Assembly (NCBI RefSeq): GCF_030684315.1
Contig: NC_081362.1
Coordinates: 96,021,187-96,085,186, forward strand
DNA length: 64,000 nucleotides
Direction of reading: 5' to 3'
From: Stegostoma tigrinum
Taxonomy: Eukaryota
Shown here: one piece after another, positions 25,201-40,200 of the stretch
Numbering within the stretch: position 1 is the first letter of the stretch
How the letters are laid out: every line of letters begins with the position of its first letter
Program-made: the position numbers and the translations under genes
Notes under the pieces: generated by a model
Database searches by the model: none
Told to the model about the DNA's origin: nothing
The model's input: the letters and a program-made list of their open reading frames with translations, nothing else

Positions 25201-28200
25201 CAATTTTTTTACACAGTGGGTGGTACCTGCATGGAATGAACTGCCAGAGGAAGTGGTGGAGGCTGCAATTGCAACATTCAAAAGGCATCTGAATGAGCAC
25301 ATGAATAGGATGGATATGGGTCAAATGCCGGCAAATGGGACTAGATTGATTTGAGACAACTGGTTGGCATGGATGAGTCAGTATGAATGGTCTGTTTCCA
25401 TGCTGTTTAACTCTATGACTCTATGAGATGAAATATCTTTCACTTCTGCCCACTGGAAGTGTAGATACTGAGTACAAATTTTGATCAAATCCCTGATTGG
25501 AATCAGAATCAAGGTTTGAAATTCTATTGCCTTTTCTCTCAATTAAAGTTTTTGTCTAGCCCAGACATGGCTTCCTCTTTCATTTGAAGTTTCAGATTTT
25601 TGAATTTCTGAGTCCATTGTTCGACATTTATCTCGCTCCTGTTGTGTTCTTCTTTCCAGTTCTCTCTTCTTTTCTTTCTCTGTTTCATTTTGTTTTCGTT
25701 TTCTCCTCTCTTCTCATTTCCTTTTTCATCACCTTCCTTGGCAGCATGGTGGTACAGTGGTTGGTGCTAGGATCTTGGGTTCAATTCCACTCTCAGGCAA
25801 CTGGCTGTGTGAAGTTCGTACATCCTCCCTGTGTCATTGCCGGCTTCCTGTGGAGCTCTGGTTTCTTCTCGCAGCCCAAAGATGTGCATTGGCCGGTTTA
25901 AATTGCCCATAGTGTTCAGAGATATGTCGGTGAAATAGGTTATATGGGGCTGGGTGGGGTGCTCTGAAGGCCAGTGTGGGGTTTGTTGGGTCAAAGGGCC
26001 TGTTTCCCCTCTGTAGGGATTCTATGAGCTGTTCTGGTTCATATTACTTCAATCCTAACTGAATATTAGCTAATGATACATAAGTTTCTGATATCCCTCT
26101 TTTTAATTCTTAATGCTGAGTACTCACTGTTAAGCATCTCATCCTTATCCCTCCATTTCCACCTTAAATTTACCCAATTTCAGTTTAGCTACAATCAAAG
26201 ATCTCAAATAATGCAATGATATATTTTCTACTTGAAGTTACAGCACCAGTCAAAGCCATTTTGAAAGTTCAATCAATATTATGCCTTTTTGTGAGACTCT
26301 TAAACTGGTAAAGCAGCAAATGCATTTCTTAACATTGATTCCTTAAACTCCATCTCCAAAATTTTCTGTATCTAAAGTTCCCATTAAACCACTCAGCCAC
26401 TTCTTTTCTCCTCAGATTTATTTGGAGGCTGCTATGTTAACAGCACCCTTTCTGCCAGAGGCCTATTCTCTTTGACAGAAAACTTGCAAACTCACTGAAT
26501 CGAGCCTCCTCAGTGTTTCTCAAAATATAGGTTCCTGTTAGAGTTAAAGGCAAGGCTGGTAGATTAGGGAACAATGAGGCTACAGTCAAGGATAAAAAAG
26601 AATCATATATTAGATATAGACAACTGGGTTCAAATGAAACTTTTGAAGAATACAAAGAGTGCAGGGGCATTCTTAAGGGAATCAGGAAGACAAAGAGGGG
26701 ATTTGAGATAGTATTGGCAGATAAGGTTAAAGATAATCTGAATGATTCTACAAATACATTATGAGCAAGAGAGCACTAGAGAGAGGGTAGGACCCTTTAA
26801 AGATCAAAGCGGTCATCTTTATTTTGCACTTCAGGAGTTTTTGGGAGTGATATCAGTTTTAACCATTGAGAAAGAATGGGAGGCTACAGAGCTCAGAGAA
26901 ACAAATATTGATGTTTTGAAAACAGTTCTCGTTACAGAAGAGGAGGTGATGGAGGTCTCAGATTACGTAAAGATGGATAAATCTCCAAAACCTGACCAAG
27001 TGTTTTCCAGGATATTGTAGAAAGTTAGGGAAGAAGTTTCAGGCCCCCTAGGAGAAAATATCCAAAAATATGGTTGAAGAACTGGAGGATTGGAGAGTAG
27101 CTAAAGTTCTGCCATTGTTTAAGACAGACTGTAAGGAGAAGCCTGGAAACTGTAAACCTGTAAATCTGACATTGGTGGTGAGTAAGTTTTTGGAGGTGGA
27201 TTCTGAAAGATAGGATTTAGATGCTTTGGAGAAGCAAGGATTGATTGGGGATAGTCAGCATGGCTTTGTGCTAGGGAAATCATGTCTTACAACTTGATTG
27301 AATTTTTTAATGAAGTAACCAAGAGATTGGTGAGGGCAGAGTGGTAGATATTGTTTACTTGGAGTTTGGTGAAGCCTTTAACAAGTTTCCTCATGGCAGA
27401 CTAATTAGTAAAGTAAGATCACATGGGATTCAGGATGACATGGCCAATTGGATACAAAATTGGCTTACTGGTGGAAGACTGAGAATGATTGTGGAGGTAA
27501 CACGTTTGTGAAGCTGGATGGACACAGCAGGCCAAGCAGCATCAGAGGAGCAGGAAAGTTTGATGTTTCGGGTCAAGACCCTTCTTCAGAAATGGGGAAG
27601 GGGGAGGGAATTCTGAAATAAATAGGGGAGACGGGGGGGGGGGCGGAGGCAGATAGAAGATGGATAAAGGAGAAGATAGGGTGAGAGGAGACAGACAGGT
27701 CAAAGAGGCGGGGTTAGAGCCAGTGAAGATGAATGTAGGTGGCGAGTTAGGCAGGGGATAGGTCTGTGCAGGGAGGACGGACAGGTCAAGGAAGTGGGAT
27801 GAGGTTAGTGGGTAGGAGATGGGGGTTGGGCTTGAGGTGGGAAGAATGGTTAGGAAGGCGGGGACTAGCTGGGCTAGTTTTGGGATGTGGTCGGGGGAGG
27901 GGAGATTTTGGAGCTTGTGAAGTCCACATCGATGCCCTTGGGCCGCAGGGTTCCCAAGTGAAATATGAGTTGCTGATCCTGCATCTTTCAGGTGGCATCA
28001 TTGTGGCACTGCAGGAGGCCCAGGAAGGACATGTCGTCCGAGGAGTGGGGGGTGGTCGGTGGGGGGGGGGGGGTGGGGGGGGGTGCGGGGTGCGGGGTAT
28101 TTGAAATGGCTCGCAACTGGGAGGTGTAGTTGTTTATTGCGAACTGAGTATAGGTGTTCCTCAAAGCGATCCCCAAGCCTCCGCTTGGTTTCTCCGATGT

Positions 28201-31200
28201 AGAGGAGGCCACGCCAGGAATAGTGGATACAGTATATCACATTAATAGATGTACAGGTGAACATCGGTTTGATGTGGAAAGTCTTCCTAGGGCCTGGGAT
28301 GGGGGGGGAGGGGGGATGTATAGGGGCAGGTTTGACACTTGCTTTAGTTGCAGGAAAAAGTGCTGGGAGTGGTGGGACTGGAGGGGAGTGTGGAGCGGAC
28401 AAGGGATTCTCGGAGAGAGTGGTCCCTCCAGAAAGCACATAAGGGTGGGGAGGGAAAAATGTCTTTGGTATTGGGGTCAGATTGCAGATGACGGAAATGT
28501 CGGAGGATGATGTGTTGGATTTGCAGGTTGGTGGGGTGGTATGTGAGGAATTTGTGATGATACGTGATGATTGTGGAGCATTGTGTTTTAGACTGGAATC
28601 CTGTGACCAGCGATGTTCCACAAGGATCAGTGCCAGGCCCACTTTTGTTTGTCATTTACATAAATGTTTCAGATGTGAATAAAGGAGGCTTGGTGAGAAA
28701 ATTTACAGATGATATCAAAATTGATGGTGTAGTGGACAGTAAAAAAGGATATCTAAGATTACAAAGAAATCCTAATCAATTGGATTAATAGATTGAAGAG
28801 AAGCATTAAAGGAGGCAGTGGCCAAGTGGTATTATCACTGGACTGTTAATCCAGAGACCCAGATAACATTCCAGGGACCCAGGTTCAAATTCTGCCATGG
28901 CAGTTGGTGGAATTTGAATTCAATAAAAATATCTGGAATTAAGAATCTAATGGTGAACATGAACCTATTTTCAATTGTTGGGAAAACTCATCTGGTTCAC
29001 ATGTCCTTTAGGGAAGGAAACTCAACCTCAGATGGTCTGGCCTACATGTGACTCCAGACCCACAGCAATGTGGTTGACTCAAAACTGCCCTCTGGGTAAT
29101 TACAGATGGGTAATAAATGCTGCCTGGCCAGTGACACCCTCATCCCATGAATGAATAAAGGAAAAAAAAAAGAGTTTAATTTAGATAAATGCGAGGTGTT
29201 GCATCTTGGGAATACCAACAAAGAGAAAGCTTATACAAGTCATGGCAGTGCCCTGAGCAGTGCTGAACTCAAGTTCCACCCTCTGCCAAAGCAGGACTCA
29301 AACCCAGATCTGCAGAACAATATCTGGGATGCTGGGTCAATAGTCTAGTAATAAAACCAAAAAGCAATCACTTCCCCTAAATGGTCAAGTTGTTGCCAGT
29401 GAGGATCAAAAGGAGATGTTGAAGGAGAAATTCATTTCATTGGCCTTTGAAAACATAAATTTCAGTTTGTGGGCAGTTGAAATAACCATTCTCTGGGAGA
29501 GCACTGGCTCCTGATTTTTGGGAAACGCAGACTGTCTGTGCTACAGGGAGACATTCCTGTACATTTCTGATCCTGACTCGAAATGTTTCAGTGTCTTAAG
29601 AGTGACAGGGTTTTCTGTGCAAACCGTACCATTTCTTTATTGTATCTGTCAGGTTTCAGGAGCACAAAGTTAGGGCCAGATTGGACTAGAGGCTGAAAAA
29701 CAGTCGGATCATTGTCTTCAATTTTGCAATCTTCAGACACTTTGTATTGTGGGGAAGCCTGGTATTAATTTTCTTCACCCCATTTTCCTACTTTTTCTTC
29801 TGTATACTCTGTTACTGTGTTGTGGCCGTATTCTAACACCTCATCCCGTGAGATCAATATTATCTAGAGTGTGGAGGCCAGGGGAGGGGAGTGGGGGAAG
29901 GGAGGGGCAGGAGTTATTCATGTGCAACTCCTCTCCAGTTTCAAAATCTCCCCTTCCCCCACTGCATCCCTAAACCAGCCCAGTTCATCCCCTCCCCCCA
30001 CTGCACCACACAACCAGCCCAGCTCTTCCCCCCCACCCACTGCATCCCAAAACCAGTCCAACCTGTCTCTGCCTCCCTAACCGGTTCTTCCTCTCACCCA
30101 TCCCTTCCTCCCACCCCAAGCCGCACCCCCAGCTACCTACTAACCTCATCCCACCTCCTTGACCTGTCCGTCTTCCCTGGACTGACCTATCCCCTCCCTA
30201 CCTCCCCACCTACACCCTCTCCACCTATCTTCTTTACTCTCCATCTTCGGTCCGCCTCCCCCTCTCTCCCTATTTATTCCAGTTCCCTCCCCCCATCCCC
30301 CTCTCTGATGAAGGGTCTAGGCCCGAAACGTCAGCTTTTGTGCTCCTGAGATGCTGCTTGGCCTGCTGTGTTCATCCAGCCTCACATTTTATTATCCTCT
30401 CAGGACTAGTTCACAGAGTGAGCACTTCAAGATAAGTGAGTGCAGAGGTCTCTGGTAGGATTTCTGGGAGGAATGAGAAGACAAATTTGGTGCAAAGGAG
30501 GTTTCTTATGACCACATAGAGCAAATTATTTTAATGTGCCTGTCTGATCTTTCCTGTATCTATAGCTAGGCTTGAGGGAGTCTCTGGATTAGCACCTGAG
30601 CCATGTGCAAGCTGAGACAGGCCAAATCTGAGTGGCCAGATCAATGAATAGCACTAGACTAATGTGCGAGAAGTGGGTTCCAGGTATCCCAAATGGGATT
30701 TGTACCAGTGTGGTAGGTTCCACATGAACCTCGCTGGCATCAGTGTTCTCATCAGCTGTAAAACTATGGTAGTAGAGACAGCTTAAAACTGAGAAGTGGG
30801 ATCAAAAGTTCAAATTTAGGAAGAGGCGACAGATCAATAATGCAGAAAGATGGTAAGAGAGAGAAAGATATTTAGAAAGCAAGTGACACACTTCCAGAAG
30901 GAGCTATGGTCACTCTGAAGGCCCATGTGGATGTCTCCTGCTCCTAATTCACAGCTTCTCATGTAACTGAGGAGAAAGCTATTTCGCAGATTAAGGAGGA
31001 AGTCTGTGGGGGAAGTTTCTGAGCATGTGTTGGGTTGATTGACCAAATTTAACCTGTGAAAGCATACATGAGTCAGGGAGGGTGTCTCTAATCTGGAACT
31101 AATATTTTCTAATCATTTGCTGGATGTGGGTGTCATTGGTTGGACCAGCATTTATTACCCATCCCTAATTACCCAGAGGGCAGTTTAGAGTCACCCACAT

Positions 31201-34200
31201 TGCCGTGGATTTGGAGTCGTATGGATCTCTGTCAGTTAAGGATGGTGGATTTCCTTTCATAAAGGACATGCAAGAAACAAATTAGTTTCTCCAACAATCT
31301 ACAATAGCTGCATGGTTATCATTTGACTCTTAATTCCAGATATTTTTACTGAATTAAATTTTGGGAAGAGGTGATAATTCACCAATGTAGAACCAAGATA
31401 AGAGAGAAAGTTGTTTTCATTGGAAGTGTAAAACAGGCCATAATAGGAAGGGATAGGCCAAACAAATCTAAATGTATATCAGCAGACAAGATTATGAGCT
31501 ATAATCATACAAACACAAGTCTTATCTAAATGCACTTTGCATTCAATGCTAAACAGAAAGGCTGGAAAGGAGGAAACAGTGGTGCAGTCGCTCTGTTAAC
31601 TAGTGATGGTATTAGAAGAATTAACAAAGTTCTGCATCCTAGTTTCCCAAAGAGGTTTGTGTGGAAATAAGAAATGATGAACATAAGAACACTTATAATA
31701 AAATGACATACAGGCTCCCTAACAGTAACCATGTACTTGATTGGAGTGTAAAGTTAGAAATAATGGAAGCTTGATGGAAAACTATGGTGATAAACGTGGC
31801 AAATTTTAATCTCAATATAGACAGGAAAACATAGATGGGCCAAAGCAAACTCAATGAGGAGGTCATGGAATGCTTTTAGGATAATTTTTTTAAAACGACA
31901 TGTTCTGGACCCAACTAGACAGTGTTGTACAACAATATATGATTAATAATCTAATGGAGAAAGCAAACCTAGGTAGCAGTGAATATATTCTGATTAAATT
32001 TTACATTCAATTTGATGGAGAGGAGTGGATTTAAGACTAATATTTTAAACATAAGTAGGGCTGTTATGAGGAAATGAAATCAGAGTTAGCTATTGTGGAC
32101 TGATGTAGCGGCAGAGCAAACTGTCAACAAAAGTGGGTTACCAAAAAAAAACAACAAAAATTGGCCCAGAGGTTATTAAGGAGAGAAAATTGGGGAATAA
32201 GAGAAAGTTAGTTAGAATTATAAATCAGTAAAAATTTCTGTAGTCGAGAAAGAAAAGTCTTAAGATGCACATTGGGGCAGTAAGAAGTGAATGTTCGGAA
32301 GTAGAGCTGGAAAATGTGGAAGGGTATCTTGTATCAGTCTTCACCACACGGAGTATAAACGATATTCAAGAAGTAGCTTTAAACTTGGAAATGAAAGACA
32401 GGAGAAACTCAAGAATATTACAGTTACTGGAGAAGTGGCACTGAGTAAATTTTTGGATCAATATGTTGTCAAGTCTCTGGTCTTTATGGACTTCTTTGTA
32501 GGATCCTAACAGAGGTAGCTGGTGAAATAATTGATGCATTGGTTTTTGATCCAGTGGATCCAAGGAAGTTTGTGTCAGACAGAATCAGAATACAATGGAC
32601 CAGTTAGCTTGACATCAGCCAAAGGGAGAAAGTTAGAATGTATTGTTAAAATATAAGACACTTCAGCAAAGTCAAGATAACCTGAATGGGCTTGTGAAGG
32701 GAAAATTACGTCTAACCAATTTATTTTTATTTAGTCATTAATTTGGAAATAAATTACCCAAGTATTGCTGAAAACAGGTACATTTAGACTTCTAAAAAAT
32801 TAGCTTTTGAAGAATCTAGTGATGTTAGCCAGGTGAGTATTTTTTACCATTCCGTATTTGGCCTTGCTCCAAGAGGCCTACTGGGCTATTTGAGAAGGCC
32901 AGTTCAGAGTCAAACCATAGTTGTGGGTCTGGAGTCACATGTATGCCAGACTACGTAATGACAGCAGATTTCCTTTTGTAAAGGACATTCATAAACCAGA
33001 TGAGTTTTAACAACAAATGACAATAGTTATGTGAGCGCCATTATGCCAGTGTTCGATTTGATATTTTTATTGTACGTACACTCAATGAGTTGCCAAAGTG
33101 GGACTCAAATTCATGCCCCTGGAATATTGGCCCTAGATTCATATTATTCCTATGGCATTGCCACTAGGTCACCACTATCCCCTCTATACCCATTACAACA
33201 ATTTGAAAGAAGCACCAAATACAGGGAAGGACTTCTGTATGCCAAGACCGACCTGATTGTTTTGGAGGTGGACAATGGATGGACATGTATGATTGACCAA
33301 AATTTGGACATTTGGCACTTAAACTCATCTATCATATTGCTCATTTGTGGTGGACAGAATGCCTTCATGGCTCAAAGTTAGTGTTGTGTTATTTGTGAAT
33401 GCCACTTGTGTTGCTCCTGTATAGTAAAGTGTGAAACAGCCAGTAACCAGTTACTTTGGCTTTTTACAACAAGGCAGAGAGACAGGCCATTCCCACATAG
33501 CCTCAGCTTGCAAAAAAAAACACAGTATGTCCTACATTTGATGCAATCTACCACTGGTCAGCATATGCTAAATAAACATGAGTGTGCCATGGATTATACT
33601 GACAATCAAATTTAGGATTGTCAGCCAACCTTACTATGAAAGCTACATACATTTATATGTTGTACCCTTTACGTCACATGCAGAAAGACTAGGCATGCAC
33701 ATTGTGCCTTTTGCAACCAAAACAAAAATGCTGATATTCAACCTCTGGTTAATTTCTCTGGGTGTTGCATTAACTATACAGAGCTAGCATCCTGCCTGGT
33801 TTAAGTTGAAACAAAGCTTGACAATTAACTGTCAATCATCAACTAACTGGTGCATTATTTCTGACAACATCTCACCCAATTAGAGTTCACTTCTCAATCA
33901 ATCGGTGCTCTCATATACCATGAAAAAGTTTGTTTCCCGTTAGCGGTAGTATTTCTCATGAGCTGTCCTGGTGAGCACAAGACAAAAAGCTTCACCAGAA
34001 TGTATCTTGTTTCAGCAATTCTCAAGCTATTAGAGAGCTTTGAAGATGTAAGATATGCCGTCGATAAACCAGAACCAGTGGATATACTATACTTAGATTT
34101 CCAGGAAATACTTGGTCAGGTGCAATGTCTGAGGTTATTGTGGAAAATTGTGAAAAGCCCATGAGAAAGGAGGTGACATAATTAGTTGAATAGAAAATTG

Positions 34201-37200
34201 GCTAGCTGACAGGGAACTGAAAATTTGCATACATGGGAATTTTTGTTTGGTTTTGCAAGAAGTAATGCGTGGGGAGGCTCAGAAATCAGTATTGACGCCT
34301 GAACTTTTAAAAATGTATATAAGTTACTAAAGTGAAGGGTTAGAAGTTACTGTTGATGAAATTATTGATGTCACAAAGGTACGTAGTCAAGTAAGTTGGG
34401 AAAAGGACAAAAGGAGGCTACAAATTAATATAAATCAGTTGTGAGTAGGCAAAGATCTGGCAAATGGTGTGTAAAATTTGAAAATTACTTTTTTGGCAGG
34501 AATAATTAAATAAAGGATATTAGCCAAAGCTGAGCTGTTGGGTGTCTTCATGCAGAATTGTAAGAGATACATTTTCAAGTACAGTGAATATCTAGGAAGA
34601 CTAATCGAATGCTGCCATTTGACCTGAGGGGAGTTGAATACTAATGAAAGGCAGTGATGTTTCAGTTATGCAGGGGACTAATGTGGACACATCTGGAGTA
34701 CTGTGGCATTTCCTTATTTAAGGAGATGTGTTGGAATATAGTTTAGAGAAGGTTTACTAAACTAATGTTTGCAATGGGTGGACTGTCTTATGAAGAATGG
34801 TTAGATTTTAGGAGACTGGATTTTCAAAAAGTAAGAGGTGAGTTAATTGAAATATCAGATCCTGAGGGGACTTGTCCAGGGAGATGTGGAGAGGATGTTT
34901 CCTCTGACAGAAGTATCATGAATGACATGTCAATGCTTAAATGTCAAGGCTAGCTCATTGAAAACAGGTGTGAGGTAGGTTTAGCTGGTAACTATTGCAT
35001 GGCAAGCAGGCTTGAGAGGCTGAGGGCCTACTTCTGCTCCTAATGAGCATTGTTGCAAAGTTGGGAAGAGTACTTGTGGATTGGGAGGCAGGAAGTTAGA
35101 ATTTGGTGTTTGTAAAATACTAGGGGGGAAGCATTGCATGGTCCCTTTAAGAGATCATGTGCTTTTTCTGTCCTTAAAGATTTAAAATGGATGTCTGTGA
35201 GCAGCAGCTTGAAAGTTTGCAAGTACACAGACAGCACCTGAATTGAAATATTTGCATCAAAAGACCATTCAGTTAGCAGATCAAGAAGCAGTTTTTAAAA
35301 ATTTTATCAAGAAAACAAGTTTTTGTACTTAGATAATCAATTTGAACCAGGCACTTAGATGCCAAAAACCTATCAAATTTAAGAATGATGGTTTTGACAA
35401 CATAAGACCAATCCTAATGTAAGAAATATTGATGTGTCATCAAGGGTATTAAAGAATGGGACGGTTGGATGAGGACCTCAGAGCTAACTTCCATCTGCTA
35501 GAATTAACAGCCCTCAGCTCTCAAGAGAGAATTTTTGGCTTTTACAGTTTCCTCTATGTCTTAGAAAAAGCACCATCTAAATAATAATGGTATCAAGGCA
35601 CAACTAGTTAATATTCCTGAATAGAAGAATTCACAGTGAAAGCATTCCTGACAGAAGGGTCAATGGAGAAGGCACAGAACATTCCAGAAGACACTTAACC
35701 TGGCTGTAATTTCTAGAGGCTAAATTCTATTTTTGAATTGATATGCGAGATATGTATTTATTAGAACAGCATACTGTTAGAATATGACCTAACACAGCAT
35801 GGAGCTGGAGAAACATAGCAGGCCAGGCAGCATTAGAGGAGTAGGAAGGTTGATGTTTCAGATCGGGATTCTTTATTCAGGAATATTTAGTAGTTAAGAA
35901 GGGAGTTAGTTAGTTTGTTGATAATTTAACAAAATTAATTACTAATAGAGATAGATAAATAAATAGCTACTTGTTGATTTTAAAATGAGTGCAAGGGATT
36001 TATTTTGTTTAACCACTAGAAGCTGATGAAAGACAGGTTGCACCATTTTTCACAATCCTTTTACAGATTTTTGGGTGAGGTGCTCCTCTTCATTTGTTTC
36101 AGCTTTAGTTCTCAAGGGGAGGTCAATCTCCACTTTATAAAAGATTGGGCGCTCATGTCCTGGATCTTGACAGATTTGAACAGATTTAGGGTATGAAAGG
36201 TTCCAGCAAGTTTAAACAGACTCGGGGACTAATGTACTCGATCTTTAAATAAAACGTAAGTGAGAAATGTAAAATCTGATAAATTTTGTTTGCTTGTTGT
36301 TGGTTAAATTAAAAGTGGGGAAAAGGCTCTCAAAGTTGCTAAAGAGATTCAGCGTGTCAAAGATGCTTCCCAAATTTTCCAAAGAAGTTTAGAAAGACAG
36401 CTAATGGTGACATTTGTAGAATTAGCAAAGAGGCTAAAATGGGTTTAACTAGGGATCAGAAGAAAGCTGAATTATAATTGAATTAGCCAAGCATTTAAGT
36501 GTGTTAGAGAAACGTCAATGTACAGTGGAGTTAGAAAAAATTACATTGCAAATGAGACCATTGGAGTTAGAGGACAATTAAAGGGAAAAACGAGTCCTAG
36601 CTGAAGATAAAGAAAGTGAACTGAAACAGTTTGCATTATGGTTAAAAACAGAGGAAAGAGAAAAGGAAGGAGTCGCTCTAGTTGAAGAAAGGCAAAAAGA
36701 GAGAGAAGAAAGGGAAAGCATGATCGAGTTGGAAATGATTGAGTTGGAACTTAAAAGTACAAGATAGAAGTGATGACAAACAAACTCATCGTGACCAACA
36801 GCCTGGAAGGGATATGTATAAATATGCCCAAACATTAACAAAATTTGATGAAAACTTTGTAGAAGCCATTTTCATTTCCTTTGAGAAATCGGCAAAACAG
36901 ATGAACTGGCCAGAGAGTTGTGTGGATCATAAAGGCCAATTTTACAGCACATTTGCTTCCAGATTAATAATCTGCAGTATCTTGCTTAGGCTAGCTCTGA
37001 AGAAGGGTCACTAGGCTGGAAACGTTGACTCCGTTTCTCTCTCCACAGATACTGCCAGACTTGCTGAATGTGTGAGTGATAATGGGAACTGCAGATGCTG
37101 GAGAATCCAAGATAATAAAATGTGAGGCTGGATGAACACAGAAGGCCCAGCAGCATCTCAGGAGCACAAAAGCTGACGTTTTGGGCCTAGACCCTTCATC

Positions 37201-40200
37201 AGAGAGGGGGATGGGGTGAGGGTTCTGGAATAAATAGGGAGAGAGGGGGAGGCGGACCGAAGATGGAGAGAAAAGAAGATAGGTGGAGAGAGTATAGGTG
37301 GGGAGGTAGGGAGGGGATAGGTCAGTCCAGGGAAGACGGACAGGTCAAGGACGTGGGATGAGGTTAGTAAGTAGGAGATGGAGGTGCGGCTTGGGATGGG
37401 AGGAAGGGATGGGTGAGAGGAAGAACAGGTTAGGGAGGCAGAGACAGGTTGGACTGGTTTTGGGATGCAGTGGGTGGAGGGGAAGAGCTGGGCTGGTTGT
37501 GTGGTGCAGTGGGGGGAGGGGACGAACTGGGCTGGTTTTGGGATGCGGTGGGGGAAGGGGAGATTTTGAAACTGGTGAAGTCCACATTGATACCATTAGG
37601 CTGCAGGGTTCCCAGGCGGAATATGAGTTGCTGTTCCTGCAACCTTCGGGTGGCATAATTGTGGCAGTGCAGGAGGCCCATGATGGACATGTCATCAAGA
37701 GAATGGGAGGGGGAGTGGAAATGGTTTGCGACTGGGAGGTGCAGTTGTTTGTTGCGAACTGAGCGGAGGTGTTCTGCAAAGCGGTCCCCAGACCTGCCGA
37801 ATTCTGTTTTTGTTTACTTCAGATCTCCAGCACCGACAGTACTTTGTTTTAATTTTACATTTAAAATAAGTCGCCGATAAAACCAATGTTAACAACACAG
37901 AATATGTGTCTGTCAATGTTCAGGCATTTTGAGAACTGCTATGATTTGAAGGTGTTTATTATGTTCTAATCTCAGTTATTTTTGATTCACAGGTCGGGTA
38001 GATACACAGACAACTCTTCTCCAATCCCCTGAAGCTGTGACAGTGACTGAGGGTGGCACAGTGACATTTCGCTGTGATTTGCGAAGCAGCAATGCTGATT
38101 CCACTGTGAACAGATATGATCTACACTGGCACCATTCACGTGGTGGGCTGAAAATATTGAGTCATTATGTAAACGGCCGTGTTTACCGATCGAGAGGATT
38201 CTCTGAGCGGTTCCAGCTTTCCAGAAATGTAACCAGTAACAGTTACATTCTGACCATCAGAGACCTGAAGCTCACTGACAGCAACACCTACATCTGTGAG
38301 ATTTGGGGGAAGATCTATGGAAACGGAACCCGCCTGAATGTAACCAGTAAGTACTCTCTAATATTATATTAATTTTGTTCCAAATATAATGATTAAGTTA
38401 CCATCTCGCAAAGAAATGAATGTGACATCATCGTCACTTATACAGTAACAACAGCGGAAGTTATGGCCTCAGAACAGAGTAAAATTTGTGTTGAACTGAA
38501 CAAATGAGCATGTGAATGTGATACAACATCTTACACAGAGTTCAGTTAGTATTGCAGAAAAGGAGCAATGATCAGAATAAATGAAGCTGCCTGATTATGT
38601 GCGGACTTTGACCAGGATATACATAAAAAGCAAATACTTATTACCAAATGTGAATCCATTGATGAAACCTAATATATCTTGTGACTATACCCTACAATGA
38701 ACAACCTTGTCAGTTGTAAATAGGAAAAGTGGAATCATATTCCTCATCTACTGCACTGTTAAGAGACAGGGCTGCCTGGAAACTCTTTGCTAATGAGGTC
38801 TCTCTCTGTGGTTGGGGTATTTGAATGGAGTAGTCACAGGACATAGCACTCCAGAGGAGGCTGGGACCCAAAGAGGCAACAAGGTCAACCTACAAGGAGT
38901 CTGGAATCTGTGAGTTGAAAATGGACAACTTAAATAACCACTATAATATGAAGTATCAAACTGGCTGTAAATGCAATAACCTTAGAGTTTCACCCATTGG
39001 GGAAAATATATTGAACATTCAGGATGTTACTCATGATTTTCCAGTGGAAAATTCCTGTAGAAATTAGTTCTTGTACAGTTAACTCTAAATAGACAGAGAA
39101 GCTAAATCCCAAGGAAATAAAAATTGTTGTCTTTGGGAATTAATTGGGTGATGTGTGTAGGGAGCAGTTAAAGTCTTAAAAATCCAACTCCATCCCAAAC
39201 AAACTTTGCGCCCATCCCTTTCAGCTTGATTTGGCTCAGATGGTCAGTGGATGGCCAGTATGGTCCTGGAAGGCAAACTCTTCCTTTAAATATTACAGTG
39301 AGGTTGTGAGCCTTAGTGTTGCTCAGATCTACACCTTTAACTGTGGTCATCAGCTTTCCCAAGCCTCAGGAAAACTGACAGCAAGATCCCAGCCTGGACC
39401 TCAGTGGATCTGTGATGGCAGGGACTTCACACCCACCTTCCAGGAACATTGGGCTGTCTCATGAAAGGGCAACCGCAAACATGCAACCCAGGTCTCGAAG
39501 AGATCTCCACCCTTCCATAGCCCTCTTCCACCCACTCCTACATCACCAGCACCTGAAATCGGGCCCCAGCCATGTTGCCACCTGCAACTAATGCTGCCCA
39601 CCTTTCCAGGTCCCAATCCACCCCAACCCTCGTCCACACTGGGATTGTTGAAATTTCACCTCACCCTCCCTCTCAGCACTCTTTCAGGAGCAGGCTATGT
39701 CCCAGACCCCATCATCTCATACCCCTGCCCCCTCCAAAGCAACTGGAAATTAACCCTGGTGAAGCCACAAACACACTGTGCAGTTAAAACCTTTCCTCTG
39801 TGCTTCCCATAATTGTTGCATACCCCTCAATCACCACAGGTTCCACCCTGCATTCCCAAGGACCTCATAGATTCAAGAAAAAAACTAGGTAAAAGGTGAA
39901 AGGGTTACACTGTTAATCAAGCTTGAAGTCAAAACATTGAATGTTTCCAAGAAGGCGATAGATAAAGTTCTTTGAGCTAATGGGATCAAGGGATATAGGG
40001 AGAAAACAGGAACAAGAGACCGATTTTAGATGACCAGATGAATGTTGGAATGGGCTCAAAGGGCCAACTCCTAGTCCTAGTTTGTTCGTCTCTATAGCAT
40101 TGGTGCAACAACTGGAGACGCATTGTTCCAGGAGATCGTGATGTGGAATTGGTTTGAGTGCCGATGAGGAATAGCAAAGGAAAGATGTCACTCATTGCAG

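Noticed and set aside
38057-38063. CACAGTG heptamers (also at 13432-13438)
   Set aside because: Both lie inside coding sequence with no nonamer at 12 or 23 bp spacing.
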